This document shows, one piece after another, positions 10,851-19,654 of a DNA stretch of 64,000 nt. The notes under the pieces were generated by a model. That model worked only from the letters and a program-made list of their open reading frames with translations. It was not told the origin of the DNA and did no database searches. Every line of letters begins with the position of its first letter. Within the stretch, counting starts at the first letter, position 1. The position numbers were made by a program, and so were the translations under genes. This DNA comes from Candidatus Rokubacteria bacterium 13_1_40CM_69_27 (GTDB lineage: Bacteria; Methylomirabilota; Methylomirabilia; Rokubacteriales; CSP1-6). The stretch lies in the NCBI GenBank assembly GCA_001917535.1, contig MNEF01000029.1, positions 13,815-77,814 of the forward strand, in the 5' to 3' direction.

Positions 10851-11854
10851 GGGGTGACGTACACCTTGACGGCGTCGCGGCGGCGCATGAGATCGACGCC
10901 CTCGCCGAGACGCTCGATCGACACCCGGTGCGTGTACAGCCGTGCCACGGCGATCTCGCCCCCCGTGATGAGTCGAGACGACTCCGCCAGATCCGCCGGC
11001 GACGACGAATAGGTCGCCGTGATGGTGAGCTCTCGTTGATAGAGCGTATCGAGCGCGATCGGCAGCGCGTCGCCATGACCACCGGCGAAGTAGTGGATGC
11101 TGCCCCCGTCCCGGACGACGCCCACGGCCCACGCCAGAACGCTGGCGGCGCCGCCAGTGACGATCACGTGATCGGCTCCCCGGCCCTCCGAAAGCGTGGC
11201 GATCCGCCCCCGGGCGGCCGGCGGGCGCAGCGCCTCCAGGCCGAGTCGCTCGGCGAAGTCGATGCGGTGAACCGCGTCGTCGACGCCGACCACGGTGGCG
11301 CCGGCCCGCTGGAGCAGCGGGACGAAGAGGTGTCCGATCGAGCCCAGCCCCACCACCACGGCCGTGTCGCCCGCCGCGACGTCGGCGCGCCGCACCGCGC
11401 GCAGGCAGCAGCCGACGGGCTCGATGAACGACGCCGCCTCATCGCTGACGGGCGGCGGGATCTTGAACGTCGCGTGACGCACATTCGGCGCCGGCACCCG
11501 GACGTACTCCGCGAACCCACCAGGGTCGAGATGGCTGGTCTTGAAGGCCGGGCACATGGAGTGGCTGCCGCGCCGGCAGTAGTGACAGTCCCCACAGGGC
11601 ACGTGGTGGGCGGCCACGACACGGTCGCCGGGCGCGAAGTCCGCGACACCCGCGCCGATCTCCACCACATCGCCGACGATCTCGTGGCCGAAGACGGCCG
11701 GCGCCGCCGACGTCGGCGTCAGCATCTTCGCGATGTCCGAGCCGCAGAGCCCGCACCCGCGCAGCCGAAGCAGTAGCTCCCCGGGGCCGATCGAGGGGCG
11801 GGGCCACTCCTCGGTCTCGAGCCGCCCGGTGCCTCGGAAGACGGCGGCTCTCAC
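10847..11854 (-). CDS. Zn-dependent alcohol dehydrogenase (second MDR paralog), GTG start
   Basis: VRAAVFRGTGRLETEEWP...CGLCGSDI...FGHEIVGDVVEIGAGV...PCGDCHYC...VVGLGSIGH; GTGA overlap with hpnD stop at 11851-11854. Confidence 0.75.
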   Translation of the reverse strand: MRAAVFRGTGRLETEEWPRPSIGPGELLLRLRGCGLCGSDIAKMLTPTSAAPAVFGHEIVGDVVEIGAGVADFAPGDRVVAAHHVPCGDCHYCRRGSHSMCPAFKTSHLDPGGFAEYVRVPAPNVRHATFKIPPPVSDEAASFIEPVGCCLRAVRRADVAAGDTAVVVGLGSIGHLFVPLLQRAGATVVGVDDAVHRIDFAERLGLEALRPPAARGRIATLSEGRGADHVIVTGGAASVLAWAVGVVRDGGSIHYFAGGHGDALPIALDTLYQRELTITATYSSSPADLAESSRLITGGEIAVARLYTHRVSIERLGEGVDLMRRRDAVKVYVTP

Positions 11855-12741
11855 GCGATGGCCCCGCGGAGGCGCTGGGCGCCCGGCAGGCGCGCGGCCG
11901 TCCAGCACGCGAGCGCGATCGCGAGCTTGCGGCGCCGGGGGACGGTGATCCGCTCGTCGAAGACCCGGAACTGGCGCGCCTCGATCTGGCCGAGCAACGC
12001 GTAGTAAATGCGCCCCATGATCTCGGCGGCGACCAGGGAGCGGGCGTCGGCGGGAGGAAAGGCGGTGCGGGCCCGGCGAAAGAAGGCATGGGCCCGGCCG
12101 GCCTGCCGCTCCATCAGGCCGACGAAGGCGGGGGTGTAGCGGCCGGCGCCCAGATCGTCCACGGTGACGCCGAACGCGCGCAGGTCCGCCTGGGGCAGAT
12201 AGACACGCCCGGCGCGGGCGTCGGCGCCCACGTCTCTCAGAATATTGGTGAGCTGCAGCGCGATCCCGAGGTTCACCGCGTACTCCCGCGCGCGCGGGTC
12301 CCTGTAGCCGAAGATCTCGATGGCGGCCAGGCCCACCGCCGACGCCACCCGGTAGCAGTACGGGTAGAGCGCCTCGATCGTCTCGTAGGCGACGCCGTCG
12401 ACGTCCATCTCGACGCCGTCGATGATCGCCTCCAGCGCCTCGCGGGGGATGGCGTACCGATGAACCGCGGCGGCCAGCCGCTGAGCGATGGGGTGCTGGG
12501 GCGCGCCGCCCGGCTGGTAGCAGCGGGCCACCTCGCGCCGCCAGCATCCCAGCTCCTCCCGCAGCGTCGCCGGCTCGGCGCCCCGCTCCAGCCCCAGGTC
12601 GGCGATGTCGTCCACGGTCCGGCAGAACGCATAGACGGCGTAGAGCGCCTCCCGGCGGGGCCGGGGCAGGGTGAGGAAGGCGTAATAGAAGTTCGAGCGG
12701 CTCCGGCGCGTGAGCCGGGAAACCAGGTCGGTGGCGCTCAT
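11851..12741 (-). CDS. hpnD: Squalene/phytoene synthase family, HpnD-like (presqualene diphosphate synthase)
   Basis: MSATDLVSRLTRRSRSNFYYAFLTLPRPRREALYAVYAFCRTVDDIAD...NILRDVGADARAGRVYLP: both Asp-rich motifs; closer to HpnD than HpnC N-terminus. Confidence 0.7.
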   Translation of the reverse strand: MSATDLVSRLTRRSRSNFYYAFLTLPRPRREALYAVYAFCRTVDDIADLGLERGAEPATLREELGCWRREVARCYQPGGAPQHPIAQRLAAAVHRYAIPREALEAIIDGVEMDVDGVAYETIEALYPYCYRVASAVGLAAIEIFGYRDPRAREYAVNLGIALQLTNILRDVGADARAGRVYLPQADLRAFGVTVDDLGAGRYTPAFVGLMERQAGRAHAFFRRARTAFPPADARSLVAAEIMGRIYYALLGQIEARQFRVFDERITVPRRRKLAIALACWTAARLPGAQRLRGAIA

Positions 12742-13751
12742 GTCGCGGCGGCGCGCCTGGTCGCCCCTACATAGCCGTGCTCGGAAAACCACTCGACCGC
12801 GTCGGCCAGCGCCTCGCGCACGTCGGTCTGAGGCAGCCCGAGCTCCCGCACCGCCTTGGCGGGGTTGAAGAACATGCGCTTGCGCGCCATGCGCACCGCC
12901 GTCAGCGACACCTGCGGGCGGCGGCGAGTCAGGCGTGCCGCGCCCTCCAGGCCGGCGGCGGCCAGCCAGGCGACCGCATACGGGATGCGAAGCCGCGGGG
13001 GCCGGAGCCCCGCGATGTCGGCGAGCAAGCGGAAGATCTCGGCGAGCGGGAGATTGGCGTGGCCCAGGATGTATTTCTCGCCGACCCGCCCACGCTCGGC
13101 CGCCAGGAGATGACCGCGCGCGACGTCGCGCACGTGCACGACGTTGAGCCCCGTGTCGAGCGAAGCGAACATCCTGCCGCGAAGAAAGTCCACGATCATC
13201 TGCCCGGTCGGCGTCGGCTTGATATCCCAGGGGCCCACCGGCGCCGACGGATTGACGATGACCACCGGCGCGCCGGCGCGGGCTCGCTCGAGCGCCACCT
13301 GCTCGGCGAGGAACTTGGAAGCCTTATACGGGCCGATCATGTCCGTCAGCGACACGGGCGTGTCTTCGGTTCCCGGGCTGCCGTCCTTCGGGATGCCCAG
13401 CGCCCCGACCGTGGACGTGTAGACGATGCGCTTGGCCCCGGCCTCGGCGGCGGCGTCGAGGATGGCCCGCGTGCCTTCGACGTTGGTGACGTAAAGCTCT
13501 TCCGGCCGCGACGCCCACAGGCGATAGTCGGCGGCGACGTGGAGCACGGTGTGAACGCCGGCGACCGCACGGCGAAGCGAGGCGGGGTCACGCAGGTCGC
13601 CCTCGCAGATCTCGACCGCGAGCCCGGCCAGCGTGCGGCGGTCGCCCCCCGGCCGCGCCAGCACGCGGACCGTCGCGCCCTGACGCAGCAGCTCGCGCAC
13701 GACATTGGCGCCGACAAACCCGGTACCGCCTGTCACCAGCGCGTCAGGCAT
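12738..13751 (-). CDS. hpnA: Hopanoid-associated NAD-dependent sugar epimerase/dehydratase
   Basis: MPDALVTGGTGFVGANVVREL...YKASK...: SDR-e fold; position in hpn cluster. Confidence 0.8.
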   Translation of the reverse strand: MPDALVTGGTGFVGANVVRELLRQGATVRVLARPGGDRRTLAGLAVEICEGDLRDPASLRRAVAGVHTVLHVAADYRLWASRPEELYVTNVEGTRAILDAAAEAGAKRIVYTSTVGALGIPKDGSPGTEDTPVSLTDMIGPYKASKFLAEQVALERARAGAPVVIVNPSAPVGPWDIKPTPTGQMIVDFLRGRMFASLDTGLNVVHVRDVARGHLLAAERGRVGEKYILGHANLPLAEIFRLLADIAGLRPPRLRIPYAVAWLAAAGLEGAARLTRRRPQVSLTAVRMARKRMFFNPAKAVRELGLPQTDVREALADAVEWFSEHGYVGATRRAAAT

Positions 13752-13954
13752 GAGGCTCTCGGTGCGAACGGGTGGCGGGGGAGCACTCCCCATCCGTCAG
13801 CAGCCTGTGGCACCTCGCGCGGAGGGCGGAAGAAATCACGACGGACGCCAGGGGTCGATTCGCCTCGCCCGCAACGCAAGTCGGCGACAGCGATGCCGGA
13901 TGGGGGGGGCGACCCCGACAGGACCCGTTCGCACCGAGAGCCTCATGCCCTGAC
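13743..13954. mobile_element. MITE-like element: ~150-bp core flanked by ~31-bp terminal inverted repeats, between hpnG and hpnA
   Basis: gtcagg-catgaggctctcggtgcgaacgggt (13743-13773) is the reverse complement of acccgttcgcaccgagagcctcatgccctgac (13923-13954); inner 20 bp perfect; the repeats contain the hpnG stop (TGA) and hpnA start (ATG). Confidence 0.5.
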
Positions 13955-14617
13955 GATCTTCCCCAGCGCGGCCGCGACGGTCTTGAGGGCGGCAGCCGTG
14001 CCGCGCCCGAGGATCACCGCGTCGGCTACCGCGCGTGGCCGTCCCAGCGCGACGCGCAGGGCCCGCCCGGCGCGGACGCCGCCGCCGGGCTCCACCAGCG
14101 CGGCGAGATCGGCGGGCACCGTCTGCTGCGCCGTGTCGGCGACGCCGCGTACGACCACGACCGGCACGCCGCGCGCGCGGGCCCACGTGACGATCGTGGC
14201 GGACTCCATGTCGACGGCGAGGGCGCCCGTCGCCACCCACAGCCTGGCCTTGGCGGCGGGGGTCTCCACGAGCTCGGCGACGGTGAGGAGCGCGCCGGCG
14301 CGGACGAGCCCGGGCCGGGGATCGGTTGCGTGCCGGGCCCCGGTGGGGGCGATCACGGTCTCGGGCACGACGAGATCACCCGCGGCCAGATCCGGCGCCA
14401 GCGCGCCACACGCGCCCGCCGACACGACGAGCGAGGGCGGCGAACCGCCGGCCACGCGTTCCTCCAGGCAGCTTCCGCGCACGCCGATGCCGGCGATCTC
14501 CAGCGCGCCCCCACGGTAATGCGGCCAGCCGGCGCCGCCCACGGGCTCCAGGCCCAGGTGCCGGGCGAGACCACGGGCTTCCACGTCGACGGCGGCGAGC
14601 ACGAGGACGTGCGTCAC
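13943..14617 (-). CDS. hpnG: Hopanoid-associated phosphorylase/nucleosidase (PNP/MTAN family)
   Basis: VTHVLVLAAVDVEARGLARHLGLE...AVDMESATIV...: PNP_UDP_1 fold; GTG start overlaps upstream stop (GTGA). Confidence 0.75.
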   Translation of the reverse strand: MTHVLVLAAVDVEARGLARHLGLEPVGGAGWPHYRGGALEIAGIGVRGSCLEERVAGGSPPSLVVSAGACGALAPDLAAGDLVVPETVIAPTGARHATDPRPGLVRAGALLTVAELVETPAAKARLWVATGALAVDMESATIVTWARARGVPVVVVRGVADTAQQTVPADLAALVEPGGGVRAGRALRVALGRPRAVADAVILGRGTAAALKTVAAALGKIVRA

Positions 14618-14946
14618 GCCGGCGGTGCGGACTCTTCGGCCTGGGTCTTGCGACGGAGCCAGGCCTCGTACGACTTTCCGGCCGCCGTGTCCCTGCCCGT
14701 GAACCGGACCGTGCGGACCTCGGCGTAACGGAAGGTGTGCGAGGCGCCGGTGGGGTCGAACAACTGCAAGAACGGCTCGGGCACGTCGCGGTTGCGGTTG
14801 TAGACGTACCCGATCACCTCGGTGCCGTCACTCCGGACGATCGTGACGTCCCCGCGATAATCGAAGGCGAGGTCGACCACCTCGTGGAGGGTGACACCGC
14901 CGCCGATCGTCGGCGACCAGCCCTCCAGAGACCTCTCGACCATCAT
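14614..14946 (-). CDS. Small conserved hypothetical protein (110 aa) embedded in hpn operon
   Basis: MMVERSLEGWSPTIGGGVTLHEVVDLAFDYRGDVTIVRSDGTEVIGYVYNRNRDVPEPFLQLFDPTGASHTFRYAEVRTVRF...; protein-like composition; stop overlaps hpnG GTG start. Confidence 0.5.
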   Translation of the reverse strand: MMVERSLEGWSPTIGGGVTLHEVVDLAFDYRGDVTIVRSDGTEVIGYVYNRNRDVPEPFLQLFDPTGASHTFRYAEVRTVRFTGRDTAAGKSYEAWLRRKTQAEESAPPA

Positions 14947-14962
14947 CAGCTCGTCTCGGACG

Positions 14963-15985
14963 TCAGAGCCGGCCAGTGACGGTGGTGACGACGGCGTCCC
15001 TGAAGCCGCGCCAGGAACTGAAGGTGTGATCCACCGCGGTGGCCTCGTACCCGCAGTGGACCATGCAGTCGCGGCACTTCGGATTGCCGCTCTTGCGGCC
15101 GTACTGCTCCCACGTCGTCGTCTCCATCAGTTCCTGGAACGTCGACGCGTACCCCTCCTGCAGCAGATAGCAGGGGCGCTGCCAGCCGAAGAGGTTGTAG
15201 GTCGGATTGCCCCAGGGCGTGCATTCGAAGTCCTGCTTGCCCATGAGGAACTGGAGGAAGAGGGGCGACTGGTTGAACCGCCACCGTCGCTTGGCCCGGG
15301 CGAGCATGGTCGAGAACAGCTCGTGGGTTCGCTGGCGCCGCAGGAAGTGCTCCTGGTCCGGCGCCTTCGAGTAGCTGTAGCCGGGGGAGATCATCATCCC
15401 CTCGACGCCGAGGTCCATCATCTCGTCGAAGAACTGGCGTATGCGGAGCGGGTCGGCGCCCTCGAAGAGGGTCGTGTTGGTGGTGACGCGGAAGCCCCGC
15501 CGGAGCGCCTCCTTGATCCCCTCCACCGCCTCGTCGTACACGCCTTCGCGGCAGACGGCCTCGTCGTGCTCCTGACGGGGGCCGTCCATGTGGATGCTGA
15601 AGGAGAGGTACGTCGAGGGCTCGAACGTCCCCTCTTCCAGCTTCTGCTTGAGCAGGATCGCGTTGGTACAGAGGTAGATGTACTTCTTCCGGGCGACCAG
15701 CTCCTTCACAAGCTGGCCGATCTCCGGGTACATCAGCGGCTCCCCCCCGGGGATGCTGACCATCGGCGCGCCGCACTCCTCCACCGCCCGCAGGCACTGC
15801 TCCACCGTGAGGTGCCGCTTCAGGATGTGGGCGGGGTACTGGATCTTGCCGCAGCCGGCGCAGGCCAGGTTGCACCGGAACAGCGGCTCCAGCATGAGGA
15901 CGAGGGGATAACGCGCTCGCCCCTTGAGCTTCTGCCCGAGCACGTACGTCGCCACGGTCCACATCTGCGACAGCGGAACACTCAT
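14963..15985 (-). CDS. hpnH: Hopanoid biosynthesis radical SAM protein (adenosylhopane synthase)
   Basis: MSVPLSQMWTVATYVLGQKLKGRARYPLVLMLEPLFRCNLACAGCGKI...: CxxxCxxC radical-SAM motif, typical HpnH N-terminus. Confidence 0.9.
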   Translation of the reverse strand: MSVPLSQMWTVATYVLGQKLKGRARYPLVLMLEPLFRCNLACAGCGKIQYPAHILKRHLTVEQCLRAVEECGAPMVSIPGGEPLMYPEIGQLVKELVARKKYIYLCTNAILLKQKLEEGTFEPSTYLSFSIHMDGPRQEHDEAVCREGVYDEAVEGIKEALRRGFRVTTNTTLFEGADPLRIRQFFDEMMDLGVEGMMISPGYSYSKAPDQEHFLRRQRTHELFSTMLARAKRRWRFNQSPLFLQFLMGKQDFECTPWGNPTYNLFGWQRPCYLLQEGYASTFQELMETTTWEQYGRKSGNPKCRDCMVHCGYEATAVDHTFSSWRGFRDAVVTTVTGRL

Positions 15986-16757
15986 GCGCTCTCAACCCCC
16001 CTCGTTCCGAAACCGCCGCCCCTCTCCGCGCTCAGACGCAGCACGCGGAGAGAGACCGCGCTGAGCGCGTGGAGCGCGAGACCCACCCCCAAGAGCGGCC
16101 ACTCGCCGATCCACGCCGTCACGGCCAAATTGAACCCGAGCACCGCGTAGTATAACGCGACGCCGGCCCCGAGGCGGCGGTCTCCGGGGGCTGGGCCCGC
16201 TCCCCCCGCGAGCAGATAGGCGCCCACGCCGATCACCCCCACCAGCCACCAGCCGGCGAAGTTCGACAGCGGGACACCGAAGTACACGCCGCCCTCCGGA
16301 TAGTAGAAGACCCGCCCCAGGAACCAGCGGTCGCCGCGGACGGCGAGGGGGTCGATCACCACGTCCAGAAGCATCATCAGGAAGCCCGTGCACCCCGCCA
16401 GGGCCAGGCGGGACACCCGCCGACCGGCCAGGGCCGCGCGGGCCAGGCAGAACGCCGCGTAGGCCAGGAACGTGAACGACAGCGAGTCCATGAACGGCAC
16501 GTTGGCGATGTAGAGCTCCTGCCCTCGCGTGGTGCCGGTATAGTGGTAGAGCCCGAACGGCACGCCCACGCGCGTCGAGGAGAACTCGGCGAGCCACGCC
16601 ACCGGCCAGACCCCGGTCGCGAAGAGCAGCGTGCGGCGCCACCCGAGGTCGGCCGCGCCGGCGGCCAGAAACGCCGCCAGGAAGCCGAAGACGTAGGGGC
16701 GCAGCACGATCGTGCCGAAGAGCAGTTCCATGGGTTTTCCGCGGCGAATCCGCATGT
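15982..16757 (-). CDS. Polytopic membrane protein, unknown function (start at 16757 or 16733)
   Basis: MELLFGTIVLRPYVFGFLAAFLAAGAADLGW... ~7 hydrophobic segments; stop overlaps hpnH ATG; divergent from shc. Confidence 0.5.
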
Positions 16758-18676
16758 TACCATCTGCGATCGTGACAGGGCTCTCCGAAGCCATCTCCCG
16801 CGCTCAGGTCCACCTCCTCTCCCGCCAAGCCGCCGATGGCTACTGGGTCGGCGAGCTGGAAGCCGACACGACGATCACGTCCGAGTACCTGCTGCTCTGT
16901 CATCTCATCGACCGGGTGAATCGCGAGCGGGAACTCAAGGCGGTGCGGTATCTGAGGTCGCGGCAGCTCCCCGACGGCGGCTTCAATCTCTTCGAGGGGG
17001 GGCCAACCAATCTGTCGGCCACGATCAAAGCGTACTTCGCCATGAAGATGGCGAGCGTGGCGGTCGACGATCCGGCCATGGTCCGGGCCCGAGAGCGCAT
17101 CCGCGCCATGGGCGGCCCGGCCCGGGCCAACGTCTTCACCAAGATCCAGCTGGCGCTCTTCGGCGAGTACGACTGGAACGGCGTGCCGGCGATGCCGGTG
17201 GAGATCATGCTGCTGCCGCCGCCGTTCTTCCTGTTCAACATCTACGAGGTCTCGTACTGGTCACGGACCGTGATCGTGCCGCTGCTCATCATCATGGACC
17301 GCAAGCCGGTGAAGTGGCTGCCGCCCCACCTCTCCCTCGACGAGCTGTGGCCGGTGCCGCGCGAGCAGACCAGCCTGCGCTTTCCCCGCCTGCCCGAGCC
17401 GTTCTCGTGGCGCGCGCTGTTCTGGAAGAACTTCTTCATCGCCGTGGACGACGGCCTCAAGATCTGGGAGCGCTTCTCGCCCCGGCCCCTGCGCAAGCGC
17501 GCGGTGGAGGCGGCGCGGCTGTGGCTGGAGGAGCGGCTGGCCGTGCCCGGCGGGCTGGGCGGGATCTACCCGGCGATGGCGTACGCGGTGGTGGCCCTGA
17601 GGCTGCTCGGCTATCCCGACGACCATCCGCTGATCCGCGGCCAGCTCAAGGAGATCGAGGCGCTGGCGCGCGAGGATGCCGACCAGATCCACTACCAGCC
17701 CTGCCTGTCGCCGGTGTGGGACACGGCGCTGGCCATCAACGCGCTCATCGAGAGCGACCTCGAGCCCGACCATCCGGCGCTCCGACGCGCGGGCGAGTGG
17801 CTGCTCGACGGTCAGGTGCTGGTGTCCGGCGACTGGCAGGTGAAGCGGCCCTACGTGCAGCCGGGGGGCTGGGTCTTCCAGTACGCGAACGACTACTACC
17901 CGGACCTGGACGACACCGCCATGGTGCTCATGGCGCTCGAGAAGCTCCGCGGTCTCGATCCCGATCGTGTGCAATCGGCTCAGGAGCGCGGCCTGGGCTG
18001 GCTCCTCGGCATGCAGGCCACCGACGGCGGCTGGGCCTCGTTCGACACCGACCAGAAGCGGCTCTACCTCAACAACATCCCATTCGCCGACCACGGCGCC
18101 CTGCTCGATCCCTCGACCGAGGACCTGACCGGCCGCGGGCTGGAGCTGCTCGGGACCTGCGGCTACCGAGCGGATTTCGAGCCGGCCCGGCGCGGGCTCC
18201 AGTTTCTCCGGCACACGCAGCGCCACGACGGCCCGTGGTTCGGCCGCTGGGGCGTAAACTACGTCTACGGCACCTGGTCGGTGCTGCGGGGACTGCGCGC
18301 GATCGGCGAGGACCCCCAGCAGGAGTACGTGCAGCGGGCGGTGCGCTGGTTGGAGCGCCACCAGAACCCGGACGGCGGCTGGGGCGAGACCTGCGAGAGC
18401 TACGACCGGCCGGAGCTGGCCGGCAAGGGCGACTCGATCCCGAGCCAAACCGCCTGGGCCTTGCTGGGGCTCCTGGCGGCCGGCTCCACCAACCGGCGCG
18501 TCATCGACGCCGGCATCGGTTATCTCTTACAGACACAGCGTGCGGACGGCTCCTGGGAAGACTCGCGGTGGAACGGGACGGGCTTTCCCCGCGTCTTCAT
18601 GCTCAAGTACCACCTCTACGCCGCGTACTTTCCCCTCTGGGCGCTCGGGGTCTACCGCCGAACCCTCGATGGCTGA
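16754..18676 (+). CDS. shc: Squalene-hopene cyclase
   Basis: MLPSAIVTGLSEAISRAQVHLLSRQAADGYWVGELEADTTITSEYLL...; QW repeats; GWVFQYANDYYPDLDDTAMV (DxDD protonation motif). Confidence 0.9.
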   Translation: MLPSAIVTGLSEAISRAQVHLLSRQAADGYWVGELEADTTITSEYLLLCHLIDRVNRERELKAVRYLRSRQLPDGGFNLFEGGPTNLSATIKAYFAMKMASVAVDDPAMVRARERIRAMGGPARANVFTKIQLALFGEYDWNGVPAMPVEIMLLPPPFFLFNIYEVSYWSRTVIVPLLIIMDRKPVKWLPPHLSLDELWPVPREQTSLRFPRLPEPFSWRALFWKNFFIAVDDGLKIWERFSPRPLRKRAVEAARLWLEERLAVPGGLGGIYPAMAYAVVALRLLGYPDDHPLIRGQLKEIEALAREDADQIHYQPCLSPVWDTALAINALIESDLEPDHPALRRAGEWLLDGQVLVSGDWQVKRPYVQPGGWVFQYANDYYPDLDDTAMVLMALEKLRGLDPDRVQSAQERGLGWLLGMQATDGGWASFDTDQKRLYLNNIPFADHGALLDPSTEDLTGRGLELLGTCGYRADFEPARRGLQFLRHTQRHDGPWFGRWGVNYVYGTWSVLRGLRAIGEDPQQEYVQRAVRWLERHQNPDGGWGETCESYDRPELAGKGDSIPSQTAWALLGLLAAGSTNRRVIDAGIGYLLQTQRADGSWEDSRWNGTGFPRVFMLKYHLYAAYFPLWALGVYRRTLDG

Positions 18677-19463
18677 CGCACCGACCTGGGCCGTCCTCCG
18701 TCCGTTCGAGCTGCTGGGCGAACGGGTGCTCGGCCTGCTCGAATCGCTGGGGCGTTTCGGCTCGTTCTTCGCGCGCGCCGTCCTCTCCATGGTCACGCCG
18801 CCGTTCAAGGTCCGCGCCTTCGTCGACCGCATCGACTACATCGGGTATCGCTCGCTGGTCATCATCGTTCTGACGGGCGCGTTCACCGGGATGGTGCTCG
18901 GCCTCCAGCTCTTCCTGACCCTCTCCCGGTTCGGCTCGGAGGCCTTCCTGGGCCCGGCGGTGGCGCTGGGGCTCATCCGGGAGTTGGGGCCGGTGCTGGC
19001 CGCGCTCATGGTGACCGGCCGGGCCGGCTCGGCGCTCACCGCCGAGATCGGGATCATGCGGATCACCGAGCAGATCGACGCGCTCACGGTGATGGCCCTG
19101 AGCCCGTTCCGCTACCTGGTGACGCCGTCGATCCTGGCCGGCGTCGTCACCTTCCCCCTCATGACCGCGCTCTTCGACGTGGTGGGGATCTTCGGCGGCT
19201 ACCTGGTGGGGGTGAAGCTTCTGGGGCTGTCGGAGGGCACCTACTTCGGCGAGATGCAGACGTTCGTCCACCTGGACGACATCTTGACCGGCTTCTGGAA
19301 GTCGCTGTCCTTCGGCGTGCTCGTCACCTGGGTCTGCACCTACAAGGGCTACTACGTCGGCCACGGCGCCGAGGGCGTGGCGCGGGCGACAACGCAGGCG
19401 GTGGTGCTGTCGTCCGTGCTCATTCTGCTCTGGGACTACTTCCTGGGCTCGGTACTGCGGTGA
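18669..19463 (+). CDS. mlaE: MlaE-family ABC transporter permease
   Basis: MADAPTWAVLRPFELLGERVLGLLESLGRFGSFFARAV...; start overlaps shc stop (ATGGCTGA). Confidence 0.85.
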   Translation: MADAPTWAVLRPFELLGERVLGLLESLGRFGSFFARAVLSMVTPPFKVRAFVDRIDYIGYRSLVIIVLTGAFTGMVLGLQLFLTLSRFGSEAFLGPAVALGLIRELGPVLAALMVTGRAGSALTAEIGIMRITEQIDALTVMALSPFRYLVTPSILAGVVTFPLMTALFDVVGIFGGYLVGVKLLGLSEGTYFGEMQTFVHLDDILTGFWKSLSFGVLVTWVCTYKGYYVGHGAEGVARATTQAVVLSSVLILLWDYFLGSVLR

Positions 19464-19654
19464 TCGTGGTGAGTCTATGATCGTGGCCGTGCGAGCCGCA
19501 GCCGAAGGTGAGGCGAGCCTGTGATCGTGGCCGTGCGAGCCGCAGGACGGCGGCGGGCCGCTGGGCGAGCCGCCGGGCGCCCAGGGGCTGGGGCCCCTGC
19601 GCCCGAGGCGAGCGAACCTCGAGAGCCCCGCCCGTCGGAGGCGAGCCTGTGATC
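19461..19654. repeat. Tandem direct repeats in mlaE-mlaF spacer, duplicating the mlaF initiation region
   Basis: tgatcgtggccgtgcgagccgcag at 19478-19501 and 19522-19545; gaggcgagcctgtgatc at 19510-19526 and 19638-19654 (the second carries the mlaF GTG start). Confidence 0.5.

Noticed and set aside
11851-12741. Calling this squalene synthase HpnC
   Set aside because: N-terminal motif YYAFLTLPRPRREALYAVYAFCRTVDDIAD matches HpnD-type (presqualene diphosphate synthase) better; hpnC and hpnE are not in this window, so full squalene synthesis cannot be asserted from this fragment
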